Below, in pieces: positions 16,875 through 25,482 of a stretch of DNA of 37,675 nucleotides. The stretch is from assembly GCA_035545155.1 (NCBI GenBank), contig DASZYX010000022.1:1-37675 (forward strand). The letters run 5' to 3'. This DNA comes from Fimbriimonadaceae bacterium (GTDB taxonomy: Bacteria; Armatimonadota; Fimbriimonadia; Fimbriimonadales; Fimbriimonadaceae). How positions within the stretch are numbered: the stretch's first letter is position 1; every line of letters begins with the position of its first letter. The position numbers and the translations under genes were made by a program. Under the pieces are notes generated by a model. The model saw only the letters and a list, made by a program, of their open reading frames with translations. It was not told the origin of the DNA and searched no databases.

Positions 16875-17590
16875 CGCTTCGTCCCCCAATGCACGCACAC
16901 ATTGCCGAAGAAGAGGTCCCTGAAGCCGACATCGACGAATCCGGCCTTTTCCATCGAGGCCTTCAACTCCTCCCGGGTCATGAACCGCTGGGTGCTCTTC
17001 GGCAGGTAGGTGTAGGCCTGCGTCTTGCCGAAGAGAGAGCCGAGCCACGGAACGAATCGGTTGCAAGTGAACGTGCTGGCGGCTCTCACAAGCCGGGCGC
17101 GCGGCATCGCCATATCGAGGGAGACGAACCGACCGCCGGGCTTCAGAACTCGGCAAAGCTCGCGGTGAGCCTCATCGATGTCGGGCACGTTGCGGATTCC
17201 CCAGCCGACGCTCACCCCGTTCAGCGTGCCGGCCCGGATCGGAAGCTGGCAGGCGTCGCCGAGGCCCACGCTGCCGGGTACATGCTTCTTCTGAGCGATC
17301 TCCAGCATCGGGAGGCAAAAGTCGATGCCGAAGACATGCCCCTCGGCTCCGACCGCCTTCTTCAGAGGGCGCATGAAGTCGCCGGTTCCACAGCAGACGT
17401 CGAGGGCGCGGTCTCCCGGCTTGAGATTCAGCTTTCGGACGGCGAAGGCGCGCCAGCGGTGGTGGAGGCGAAAGGAGATAAGCGAGTTGAGGAGATCGTA
17501 AGTCGGCGCAATCTCCGCGAACATGCCGCGCACGGCCGTTCGCTTCTGCACTCCTTCGGCTTGCCAAATGGCCTGATCGCCCACGCTCAA
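16871..17590 (-). CDS. ubiE: Demethylmenaquinone/ubiquinone C-methyltransferase UbiE/MenG
   Basis: The SAM motif 'ALDVCCGTGDF' is present, along with 'FDLLNSLISFRLHHRWR' and 'VLKPGGRFVSLD'. Confidence 0.9.
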   Translation of the reverse strand: MSVGDQAIWQAEGVQKRTAVRGMFAEIAPTYDLLNSLISFRLHHRWRAFAVRKLNLKPGDRALDVCCGTGDFMRPLKKAVGAEGHVFGIDFCLPMLEIAQKKHVPGSVGLGDACQLPIRAGTLNGVSVGWGIRNVPDIDEAHRELCRVLKPGGRFVSLDMAMPRARLVRAASTFTCNRFVPWLGSLFGKTQAYTYLPKSTQRFMTREELKASMEKAGFVDVGFRDLFFGNVCVHWGTKR

Positions 17591-17616
17591 CTCCGCCCCA
17601 GTTATACCCGTCCGTT

Positions 17617-17651
17617 TGACGAACTTTCAGAACTTTTTGAAAGTTCTACGA
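17617..17651. other. AT-rich hairpin (stem agaacttt / aaagttct, nested in gaactttc / gaaagttc) between the Gfo/Idh/MocA stop and the ubiE start
   Basis: 'gaactttcagaactttttgaaagttctacg'. No clear U-tract is present, so its function as a terminator is uncertain. Confidence 0.4.
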
Positions 17652-17697
17652 AGAGCCCGTCTCTAGCCCAGGCTGCGCCCTCTCGCGCTTGCTCGGA

Positions 17698-18792
17698 TTA
17701 GATTTCCGCAGCAAATTCATCCGCGTCCAACGGCGTCGGCTGATCGACGCGGCTCGCCAGCTCGACGTGCCGCCCGGCCCGGCTCGATTCCTCGAAGGCG
17801 TGCATCGTATCGAGGACGTGATAGGCGAGGGCGCCGCTCGCCCGATGCGGCCGCTTCTCGGCAAGGGCGTAGGCCATGTCGAGCACGCCGAGCCCGCGGC
17901 TGTTTTCCGCGAATCCGTGGGTCAGGGGGCGCAATTCCCATTCCTTGTCGCCCTTGCCGCGCACGTAGATTTCTCCGCCGAAGCCGTTGGGGTCGGGAAC
18001 GAGCATCGAGCCCTCGGTCCCATAGATGCTGATGCAGGGCAGCTTCGCATGCCATACGTCGAAGCTCGTCGTAATCTCGACGATGGCCCCGCTCGCGAAG
18101 TCCATAATCCCGGCGATGTGGGTCGGCGTTTCAACCTCGATAACCTTGCCCTTCTTCGGCTCGCTCGTGATCGTGCGCTGAGGGAAGGTGACGCGGGTCG
18201 AGCCGGCCACCCGGCGGATCGGCCCCATGAGGCTGATAAGGGCGGTGAGATAGTAGGGGCCCATATCGAACATCGGCCCGCCGCCCCGCTCGTAGTAGAA
18301 CTCGGGCGAGGGATGCCAGCTCTCGTGACCGTGGCAGAGCATGAAGGCGTGCCCGGCGATCGGCTCGCCGATCACTCCCTTATCGATGAGCTCCCGGCAG
18401 GTCTGAAGGCCGCCGCCGAGGAACGTGTCGGGCGCGGCGCCGACGAGCAACCCCTTCGCTTTCGCCTCGTCCAGCAACTTCTTCCCGTCTTCGCGTGAAA
18501 TCGCAAGAGGCTTCTCGTTGTAGACGTGCTTCCCGGCCGCGATCGCTTTGAGCGCCACTCCCGCGTGAGCCTTCGGCACGGTGAGATTGAGGATGAGATC
18601 GACGTCGTCGCGGGCGAGCAACTCTTCCGTGGCCATACCGAAAACGCCCTGCTCCGCGCCCACCGATTTCGCCCGATCGAGGTCCAGGTCGGCGCAGGCC
18701 ACGACCTCCGTGCCGCGGTAGGCGCTGAGATTCTTGAAGTAAATGCCGCTAATGTTGCCGCAGCCGACGATGCCGACTCGAAGGGGTGTCAT
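17698..18792 (-). CDS. Gfo/Idh/MocA family NAD(P)-dependent oxidoreductase
   Basis: The Rossmann N-terminus is 'LRVGIVGCGNISGIY'. 'EKPLAISREDGKKLLDEA' is present. The start is the internal ATG at 18792. Confidence 0.85.
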   Translation of the reverse strand: MTPLRVGIVGCGNISGIYFKNLSAYRGTEVVACADLDLDRAKSVGAEQGVFGMATEELLARDDVDLILNLTVPKAHAGVALKAIAAGKHVYNEKPLAISREDGKKLLDEAKAKGLLVGAAPDTFLGGGLQTCRELIDKGVIGEPIAGHAFMLCHGHESWHPSPEFYYERGGGPMFDMGPYYLTALISLMGPIRRVAGSTRVTFPQRTITSEPKKGKVIEVETPTHIAGIMDFASGAIVEITTSFDVWHAKLPCISIYGTEGSMLVPDPNGFGGEIYVRGKGDKEWELRPLTHGFAENSRGLGVLDMAYALAEKRPHRASGALAYHVLDTMHAFEESSRAGRHVELASRVDQPTPLDADEFAAEI

Positions 18793-18913
18793 CGCTTGCC
18801 AGCTTACTTGCATCGCAGGTCGCTAAAATTATTCAAGGAAGATCGACAAGCTCGGCCTCAAGCCAGGCGCGAAATAGCCTCTATTCGGGATCTGATCGGC
18901 GTCCGAAGAAGGG

Positions 18914-19138
18914 ATGGAGCAAACCGGCAAAACGTTGGTCGTCATCGGATTCGCGATCGCGGCGATTGGCGGGCTCATGTGGCTCGGCGTCTTCCGATGG
19001 CTGCGGTTGGGTCGCTTGCCCGGCGATATCGTCGTCGATAAACCGGGCTTCAGCTTTTACTTCCCGATCACGACGATGATCCTGATCAGCGGGCTGCTCA
19101 TGCTCGTCTCCTGGCTGGTAGCCTTTTTCCGCCGATGA
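18914..19138 (+). CDS. DUF2905 family small membrane protein
   Basis: The protein is 74 aa. 'GRLPGDIVVDKPGFSFYFPITTMILIS' is typical of DUF2905. Confidence 0.75.
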   Translation: MEQTGKTLVVIGFAIAAIGGLMWLGVFRWLRLGRLPGDIVVDKPGFSFYFPITTMILISGLLMLVSWLVAFFRR

Positions 19139-19839
19139 AGCCCAAGGTCGTGACCTTCGACTGCGCGAATACGCTCGTGCGCGTCAACTGGAGCCCGGGC
19201 GGCTTTGCCCTCGATTGCGCCCGCGCCGTCGGAGTCGAGGTGACGGAGGAGGATCGCTATCCTTACGAGCGGGCCTTGCGCTCGCGCTGGGCCGAGTATC
19301 AGGAAATCAACACGACGCGCGACGACGCCCTCGCCGACGCCTTCTGGCTCAAGCTGACCGAGGATTGGCTCGCCGAGCTCGGCCGTCCGGCGGATCGGGC
19401 CGCCGCGATGGTCGCCGCCGCTCCGGAGCTGCTCTACGGGATCGAGTCCGAGCGCTTCACGCTGTTCGACGACGTCCTGCCGACGCTGGAAGCCCTCGCC
19501 CGCCATGGGATTCGGGTCGGGGTCATCAGCAATTGGGATTACTCGCTGCACCGCGTCTTGCGCGCACTCGACGTGCATCATCGCTTCGAGCATGTGATCG
19601 CCTCCCTCCAAGAAGGGGTCGAAAAACCGGACCCGCGCCTTTTTCATCTGACCCTCGCCAAGTTCGAGGTGAGCCCGGGCGAGGCCGTCCACGTCGGCGA
19701 CGACCCGCTCGACGACCTGCGCGGCGCGCAGGACGTCGGGATGCGGGCCTATCTGATCGACCGGCGTCACCCGGAGTCGCGAGCGCCCCTGCTCGCCAAG
19801 CTCACCGATCTCATCGACGCGCTCGAGCTTGGGGAGTGA
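19135..19839 (+). CDS. HAD-IA family hydrolase
   Basis: 'VVTFDCANTLV', 'GVISNWD', 'KPDPRLF' and 'VHVGDDPLDDLRGAQDVGM' are present. There is a 4 nt overlap with the DUF2905 gene. Confidence 0.8.
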   Translation: MKPKVVTFDCANTLVRVNWSPGGFALDCARAVGVEVTEEDRYPYERALRSRWAEYQEINTTRDDALADAFWLKLTEDWLAELGRPADRAAAMVAAAPELLYGIESERFTLFDDVLPTLEALARHGIRVGVISNWDYSLHRVLRALDVHHRFEHVIASLQEGVEKPDPRLFHLTLAKFEVSPGEAVHVGDDPLDDLRGAQDVGMRAYLIDRRHPESRAPLLAKLTDLIDALELGE

Positions 19840-19905
19840 GAACGCGGTAAGCCGAAGGCTGTAGTCGCCGGGTTTACCCCGGCGCGCCCGGGGCGAAGGC
19901 CGCGC

Positions 19906-20526
19906 CTACGCCGGCAACGGGCGTAACACCGGGATCGTCGACGGGTTCAGGCCGAGCGGCTCCAATAGGGCGCGCAGGCTAACGCGGGCGCGGTTTAGCC
20001 GGCTCTTCACGGTGCCGATCGGCAGACTGAGCGTCTCCGCGATCTCCTCGTAAGACTTCATCTCCGCGTGGTACATGACGATGATCGCCCGTTGATACTC
20101 GGGCAGCAGCTCGATCGCCTTCCGAACGAACCGCATCGTCTCGGAGCGCTCGGCCTCCTCCTGAGGCGACCGGCTCGTATCCTCGAATTGATAGGTCACT
20201 TCGCCGTCCGAGGTTTGGACCGTGGTCTCCAGGCTTACCGCCGGCTTGTTCCGCTTCTTCTTGCGGATATCGAGGAAGCAGTTCGTGGCGATCCGGTACA
20301 TCCAGGTCGTAAAGGCACTGTCTCCCTTAAAGTTGTGAAGCGCCTTGTACATGCGGATGAAGGACTCCGCCACGATATCGGAGGCTTCCTCCGGATCGCG
20401 GGTCAGCCGGAAGGCGTATTGATACGCCCGTTGCTGGTGTCGAGCGACAAGCTGATCGAACGCGGACCGATCGCCGTTCCGGCTACGGTCGATGAGCAAC
20501 CCATCGTCTGCTTGAACTTTCGTCAT
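19906..20526 (-). CDS. RNA polymerase sigma-70 family factor (ECF-type)
   Basis: Region 2 is 'AFDQLVARHQQRAYQYAFRLTRDPEEASDIVAESFIRMYKAL'. Region 4 is 'MKSYEEIAETLSLPIGTVKSRLNRAR'. Confidence 0.85.
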   Translation of the reverse strand: MTKVQADDGLLIDRSRNGDRSAFDQLVARHQQRAYQYAFRLTRDPEEASDIVAESFIRMYKALHNFKGDSAFTTWMYRIATNCFLDIRKKKRNKPAVSLETTVQTSDGEVTYQFEDTSRSPQEEAERSETMRFVRKAIELLPEYQRAIIVMYHAEMKSYEEIAETLSLPIGTVKSRLNRARVSLRALLEPLGLNPSTIPVLRPLPA

Positions 20527-20662
20527 TTTTCCCCCTTGATCGCTGTTGCGAACCTAAAGGGGAGAGCTTTTGGCGTCTGGCGGACGTAGTCCGCCCAAGG
20601 CCATCGAACCGCGCGCTCTCCCAAGACGCCGTTCGACCGATGGGTTTATTATTGTGCCAGCA

Positions 20663-20736
20663 CACGCAAAAATGCCAATAGGTAAATTTACCGGTTGTTA
20701 GAATTATTGTCGACGGACACGCAATAAATGCCACTA
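20663..20736. promoter_or_regulatory. Two direct repeats, 'cacgcaaWaaatgccaMta', about 55 bp apart in the region upstream of the ECF sigma factor and 3' of the M16 protease
   Basis: 'cacgcaaaaatgccaata' is at 20663-20680 and 'cacgcaataaatgccacta' is at 20718-20736. The surrounding region is AT-rich. Confidence 0.35.
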
Positions 20737-23424
20737 TTTGATGCCGGGGACGAAGACCGGCTCCGGAAGATGCAGGTCAGCGATTTGCTTGAGAATTAGG
20801 TCTTTATCCCCTACCAGCACGAGGACCGCGTTGTCGAGCGGCGCCGCCTGCTTGGCAAAGGGATTCAGCTTCGCCGCCGTCAGCCCCGCCAGGCTCTCCA
20901 AGTCTCGGGAGAGATCGGCCATGGTCGCGCCGTTCTCGTAGAGGGACTCGGCCGTGCCGACGAGACCGCCAAGAGTGCCGATCGAGGAAATGATGTCGGT
21001 CCGCATGCTTGCCCGGGCCTTCACGGCCTCCACTTCCTGAACGTCGCCCGTTCTCAGACGACTGAATTCGCTCAGGAACTCATGCAAGGAAGCGCCGGTC
21101 ACGTCGGCCCGAACCGCTGAAGCCGCCGCCATATAGCCGAGCGACGGCTCGAAGACTGAATGCGCGCCGGCTCCGTAGGTGTAGCCCTTGGCCTCCCGGA
21201 GATTGGCGTTCAGCCGGCTCGTGAAGGTTCCGCCAAGGAGCGTGCTGAGGGCATCGAGGTCGATCCGGTCGGGATTGCCGTAGGGCACGCCGGGGAAAAC
21301 GAAGCGGATGACGGTCTGCACGGCCTCCGGCTTGTCCACGATCACGACGCGAAGGCCGTTGTGGCTGACGGCCGGGAACGCCGGGGATGCGGGGACGGGC
21401 ACGGCCGGGGCCTTCCAGCTTCCCAACTGCTTTTCGAGGCTCGCCTTCACTTGCTCGATCGGCAGGTTGCCGGCGGCGAAGATCGTCGCTCGGTCGGGGC
21501 GAAAGAGGGCGTCGTGCTCGTGGCGGATATCCTCGTCGGTAATCGCCTTGACGCTGTCCGGCGTGCCGGAGGGATTCCTGCCATAAGGATGGGAGGCTCC
21601 GAAGTATTCCCTCATGGCGACCAGCCGCGCCGTCGTCTCCGCGTCGTCCGCGTCCTGGGCAAGCTCGTCGAGGCGAAGGGTCTGTTGGCGGCCGAAATCC
21701 TTCTCGTCCAATTTCGGGCGGATGATCGCATCGGCATAAAGGGCGAGCGCCTTGTCGAACGTCGCCGCCGTCGAATAGAGGTCGGCGGTGGAGGACACTT
21801 CGTCCACGCCTACGCTGAAGAATGCGCCCAAAGCGTCCATCGCCTTGGCGAAGCCTTCCGCATCGAGGCCGTCCGCGCCCTGCTTCAGCATGCCGGCCGT
21901 CAGGGAAGCGAGACCCGGCTTGTCGGTAGGATCGGAGGCCGCGCCGCCGTTGAAGAAAAGGGAAACCGTCATCAACGGTAACGCGGCCCGCCGGAAATAG
22001 AAGCCCTTGAGTCCGTTGGACAGGGTGAACGGCTCGGGCGTGGGCGGCTGGAACTCCTTCTCGGGAAGGATCGTTGGGCGCTCGTCGCGCGGATTCTTGT
22101 CCGGAGGCTCCATTTCCGGCACGACCCGCAGGATGAGCCGGGCGTTCGGGTCGAGCACCTTCTTGGCCCAGGTTTGGACGTCGGTCGCCGTCGCCTTCGT
22201 ATGCCGCTCCAGGTCCCACTTGAAGGAATTCGGCTCGCCCAGGAAGAAGTCGTACCGGTTCATCTGGTCGGCCACGTCGGACAGGTTCTGCAACGAATTC
22301 AGAGTCGCGAACTCGTACTTGGCCTTCTCCCGCCCCAACTCGGACTCTGTTGGGCCGTTCTTCTCGAATTTGGCGAGCTCGTCGTCGATGTCGGCCTCGA
22401 CCTTCGCCAGCGGTACGCCCTCGCGCGCCGTCGCGACGATCATGAACAGCGAGTCGAGATATTGCGAATCCTGTTCGGCGGTGACGTCGCCGGCGATCTG
22501 GTCCTTCACGACGAGGCGCTGGTAAAGCCGGCTTTCCAAGCCATCGCCGAGCATGCCGGCGATGAGGTCCATTTCCCCGTCTCCGGGCTTGAAATTGGGC
22601 GGGCTGTGCCAGACCATGTAGGTCCGGCCTTGCGCCACTTTGTCGACGAGGGTGAGCCGCTTCACCTCGTGCAGCGCGGGTTCCGGAGCCGTCTTGTGGA
22701 TCGGGTCGTTCCCCCGCAGAATCGTGCCGAAAAGCTTGTCGATCAACGGCTTGATCGTCTTCGGATCGAAGTCGCCGGCCACGACCATCGTCGCGTTGTT
22801 CGGCAGGTAATAGGTGGCGAAGAAATCCTTGACGTCCTCCACCGTCGCCGCGTCGAGATCGGCGGGCAGGCCGATCGTATCGATATGATACGGGTGGGAC
22901 TCGGGATACATCGCCTCGTCGATCTTCAAGGGGACGAGGCCGTACGGCGCGTTCTCGTAGTTTTCACGCCGCTCGTTCTTGACGACCTCTCGCTGGAGAT
23001 CGAGCTTCTTCTGGTCCATCATCCGACCGAGGTCTTCCAGCCGGTCGGCCTCCAGCCAGAGGAGCGTCGGGAGAAGGCCGGAGGGCCCGTAGTCGAAGAA
23101 GTTGGTCCGATCCTGGGTCGTGCTCGCGTTGTTGTTGCCGCCGCCCGCTTCCATGATGTTGTCGAAGTCGCTCTTCGGGGCGCGCTCGGTGCCCATGAAC
23201 ATGAGGTGCTCGAAGAGGTGGGCAAAGCCGCTGCGATCGGGCGGCTCGTCCTTGGAACCGACGTGGTACCAGATGTTGACGGTCGCGACGGGCAGGGAGT
23301 GGTCCTCGTGGAGGATGACGGTCATCCCGTTGGCGAGGACGTACTTCTCGTATTTCACGTCCTGCCCAAAGGAAAGGCTCGCCAGAGCCAAGACCGCCGC
23401 TCCGAGGATCGTTCGTATTCTCAT
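20734..23424 (-). CDS. Secreted M16 family zinc metallopeptidase (tandem M16 units, PqqL/insulinase-like)
   Basis: The signal peptide is 'MRIRTILGAAVLALASLSFG'. The HxxEH zinc motif is 'HLFEHLMFMGTE'. Its ~895 aa length is typical for a two-unit protease. Confidence 0.9.
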   Translation of the reverse strand: MRIRTILGAAVLALASLSFGQDVKYEKYVLANGMTVILHEDHSLPVATVNIWYHVGSKDEPPDRSGFAHLFEHLMFMGTERAPKSDFDNIMEAGGGNNNASTTQDRTNFFDYGPSGLLPTLLWLEADRLEDLGRMMDQKKLDLQREVVKNERRENYENAPYGLVPLKIDEAMYPESHPYHIDTIGLPADLDAATVEDVKDFFATYYLPNNATMVVAGDFDPKTIKPLIDKLFGTILRGNDPIHKTAPEPALHEVKRLTLVDKVAQGRTYMVWHSPPNFKPGDGEMDLIAGMLGDGLESRLYQRLVVKDQIAGDVTAEQDSQYLDSLFMIVATAREGVPLAKVEADIDDELAKFEKNGPTESELGREKAKYEFATLNSLQNLSDVADQMNRYDFFLGEPNSFKWDLERHTKATATDVQTWAKKVLDPNARLILRVVPEMEPPDKNPRDERPTILPEKEFQPPTPEPFTLSNGLKGFYFRRAALPLMTVSLFFNGGAASDPTDKPGLASLTAGMLKQGADGLDAEGFAKAMDALGAFFSVGVDEVSSTADLYSTAATFDKALALYADAIIRPKLDEKDFGRQQTLRLDELAQDADDAETTARLVAMREYFGASHPYGRNPSGTPDSVKAITDEDIRHEHDALFRPDRATIFAAGNLPIEQVKASLEKQLGSWKAPAVPVPASPAFPAVSHNGLRVVIVDKPEAVQTVIRFVFPGVPYGNPDRIDLDALSTLLGGTFTSRLNANLREAKGYTYGAGAHSVFEPSLGYMAAASAVRADVTGASLHEFLSEFSRLRTGDVQEVEAVKARASMRTDIISSIGTLGGLVGTAESLYENGATMADLSRDLESLAGLTAAKLNPFAKQAAPLDNAVLVLVGDKDLILKQIADLHLPEPVFVPGIK

Positions 23425-23446
23425 GGCCGTTAGGTTATTCTGTCGC

Positions 23447-23673
23447 AACAGCGACGCATTCCCGGAATCCAACGCGGAGAATCGGAGGAACGGAATCTTT
23501 CTCAACTCCTCCGATCCCCTGTTCCTCCGTGTTGAACTCAGAGCCTAATAGCGACGCATTCCCGGAATTCCAACACGGAGAATCGGAGGATCGGAGTCCT
23601 TTCTCAAACTCCTCCGATTCCCCGTTCCTCCGCGTTGAACCCAGAGCCTAATAGCGACGCATTCCCGGAATCC
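23447..23673. repeat. Tandem copies of a 100-103 bp internally palindromic element (23447-23546, 23547-23649, partial 23650-23673). Its core is 'cattcccggaat(t)ccaacRcggagaatcggagga...tcctccgat(t)cccYgttcctccgYgttgaac'.
   Basis: The repeat was read directly from the sequence. It fills the divergent intergenic region between the M16 protease gene and tatD. Confidence 0.85.
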
Positions 23674-23697
23674 TCTCCATGGCAGAATCAAGGGCGG

Positions 23698-24471
23698 ATG
23701 CTTATCGACACCCACTGCCACCTCAACGATCCCGAGGCTTTTCCCGACCCGGAGGAATTCCTCGCCGAGGCGCGGATGGCTGGGGTCGAGCGGGTGATCG
23801 TGGTTGGCGTCGAGCCGGAGAGCTGCCGCCGCGCCCTCGCATTGGCCGAAGCGCACGAAGGCGTGTTCGCGATCGTCGGCTGGCATCCGAACTATACGGC
23901 GAACTACACCGATGAGGGACTCGCCGGGATCGAGGAGATGCTTGCCCATCCGAAGGTCGTGGCGCTCGGCGAGATCGGCCTGGACTTCCATTGGCAATAC
24001 GCCACCCTGGAGCAGCAGGAGCGAGCTCTCTACGCCCAGCTCGAATTAGGGCGGAAGGCGGGTAAGCCCATCGTCTTCCATTGCCGGGAGGCGTATCCAC
24101 GCCTCCTCGATATCCTGGAAGGCCAACCCCGCCATCCTTACCTCTTCCACTGCTTCGCCGGAGACTCCGCCGACGCCGGCCGGGCGATGGCCCTGGATTG
24201 CTACTTCGGGGTCGACGGCCCGATCTCGTACAAGAAGTCGGAGCCGCTTCGGGAGATCGTCCGCTCCCTCCCTCGCAACCGGCTTGTCGTGGAGACGGAC
24301 AGCCCGTACCTCACGCCCGAGCCGTACCGGGGCAAGCCGAACAAGCCGGCGTATGTTCCGCTCGTAAACGCAGCCCTTGCCTCCGCGCTCGGGATCGATC
24401 CGGTGGAGTGCGCCGCCCTCACGACCGCGAACGCGGAGCGATTTTTCCACCTGCCCAAATCCCCAATCTAA
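23698..24471 (+). CDS. tatD: TatD family hydrolase (metal-dependent DNase)
   Basis: 'MLIDTHCHLND', 'VGEIGLDFHW', 'PIVFHCREA' and 'LETDSPYLTP' are present. Confidence 0.9.
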   Translation: MLIDTHCHLNDPEAFPDPEEFLAEARMAGVERVIVVGVEPESCRRALALAEAHEGVFAIVGWHPNYTANYTDEGLAGIEEMLAHPKVVALGEIGLDFHWQYATLEQQERALYAQLELGRKAGKPIVFHCREAYPRLLDILEGQPRHPYLFHCFAGDSADAGRAMALDCYFGVDGPISYKKSEPLREIVRSLPRNRLVVETDSPYLTPEPYRGKPNKPAYVPLVNAALASALGIDPVECAALTTANAERFFHLPKSPI

Positions 24472-24478
24472 ATCCCCC

Positions 24479-25123
24479 TTAGGGTTTCCCCTCGATTCGC
24501 TTCCAGACGAAGTAGGAGTGCACGACCGGGATAAACGCGGACACGATCAGCAGCGTAAAGCTGTACCAGAACGGCAGGCCGAGGAGGGTGAGGACGACGC
24601 CGAGGAGGCCGACCGCGACCCAAAGCTGGCCGGCCCGGCGATGCACGATGTTCCACACCGTCTCGTTCGCGAGCGTCCAGGGCGTGCGCACGCCGACCCA
24701 GAAATTGCGCCGCACCTTCCCGATGAAATTCCCCATCAGGGCGAAGAACAGGAAGATCAGCGAAAACAGGAACTTCGGCGCAAGCATCGCCGAGTTGTGC
24801 GTCGCGGTCATGGTCAGGACGTGGATGGCGCCCATCAGGGTCATCACGAGCACCATGATGAGGTTATAGACACGCTCCCAGGAATCCACCCTGAACTTCT
24901 CGGGAGACATCTTCGGCAACGCGACAAAGAGCCCGAGGATGAGCAGCATCATGACCGGCGTCAGCAGGCACACGAAGAGCGGGCTGGCGTAGCCGTTGAT
25001 CTTGCCGTTCGCATCCCAGTGGGAGGGCGTCGGGTTGGGCAGACTCGGATAGAGCACCGCGCTGTAGAGAAGGGCGGCGCCAATGATGGCGAGATTGACG
25101 GCAAGGGCCGTAGAGCGTTTCAT
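24479..25123 (-). CDS. SdpI/YhfL family membrane protein (DUF1648 + SdpI immunity-type domain)
   Basis: The N-terminus 'YPSLPNPTPSHWDANGKINGYASP' matches DUF1648, and there are about 6 TM helices. It overlaps the upstream ArsR gene by 4 nt. Confidence 0.65.
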   Translation of the reverse strand: MKRSTALAVNLAIIGAALLYSAVLYPSLPNPTPSHWDANGKINGYASPLFVCLLTPVMMLLILGLFVALPKMSPEKFRVDSWERVYNLIMVLVMTLMGAIHVLTMTATHNSAMLAPKFLFSLIFLFFALMGNFIGKVRRNFWVGVRTPWTLANETVWNIVHRRAGQLWVAVGLLGVVLTLLGLPFWYSFTLLIVSAFIPVVHSYFVWKRIEGKP

Positions 25124-25392
25124 GTCGTTTCTTTCTTGTTGAAGAGGTCGAGGAAGAAGGCGAGAAAATCTTCCACGACGGTTGTGTTCAGCACGTAGCA
25201 GACTTGCTGGCCATCCTTTCGCGAGCTCACGAGGCCGGCGTTTCGCAAGACGCCGAAGTGGTGGGACATGCTCGGCGCGGAGATGTCGAAATGTTTCGCC
25301 AACTCCCCGGCCGTCATCTCGCCGCCGCTCAGCAGACGCAGAATCCGCCGCCTCGTCGGATCCGCCATCGCCTTAAAAACCTCGTCGCTCAT
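25120..25392 (-). CDS. ArsR/SmtB family transcriptional regulator (SdpR-like)
   Basis: 'ADPTRRRILRLLSGGEMTAGELAKHFDISAPSMSHHFGVLRNAGLV' is present. Confidence 0.85.
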   Translation of the reverse strand: MSDEVFKAMADPTRRRILRLLSGGEMTAGELAKHFDISAPSMSHHFGVLRNAGLVSSRKDGQQVCYVLNTTVVEDFLAFFLDLFNKKETT

Positions 25393-25400
25393 CTTTGATT

Positions 25401-25428
25401 AGATATTTAGCCAATCGTCTAAATATCT
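25401..25428. promoter_or_regulatory. Perfect 10-bp inverted repeat, agatatttag-N8-ctaaatatct. It is a candidate ArsR-family operator in the divergent promoter region between sdpR-like and the cyclase-STAND gene, and a TTGACG -35-like hexamer follows it.
   Basis: 'agatatttagccaatcgtctaaatatcttgacg' was read directly from the sequence. Confidence 0.5.
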
Positions 25429-25482
25429 TGACGCAAAATCTTCCGGTGAGGTTGCAAGCGGCCTCAAATGTAAACTTGATGC

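Noticed and set aside
20640-20736. Sigma-54 (-24/-12) promoter upstream of the ECF sigma factor ('TGGCATttatTGC', 'TGGCATttttGC' on the minus strand)
   Set aside because: The GG-to-GC spacing is 7-8 nt instead of the required 10. I list it only as a pair of direct repeats.
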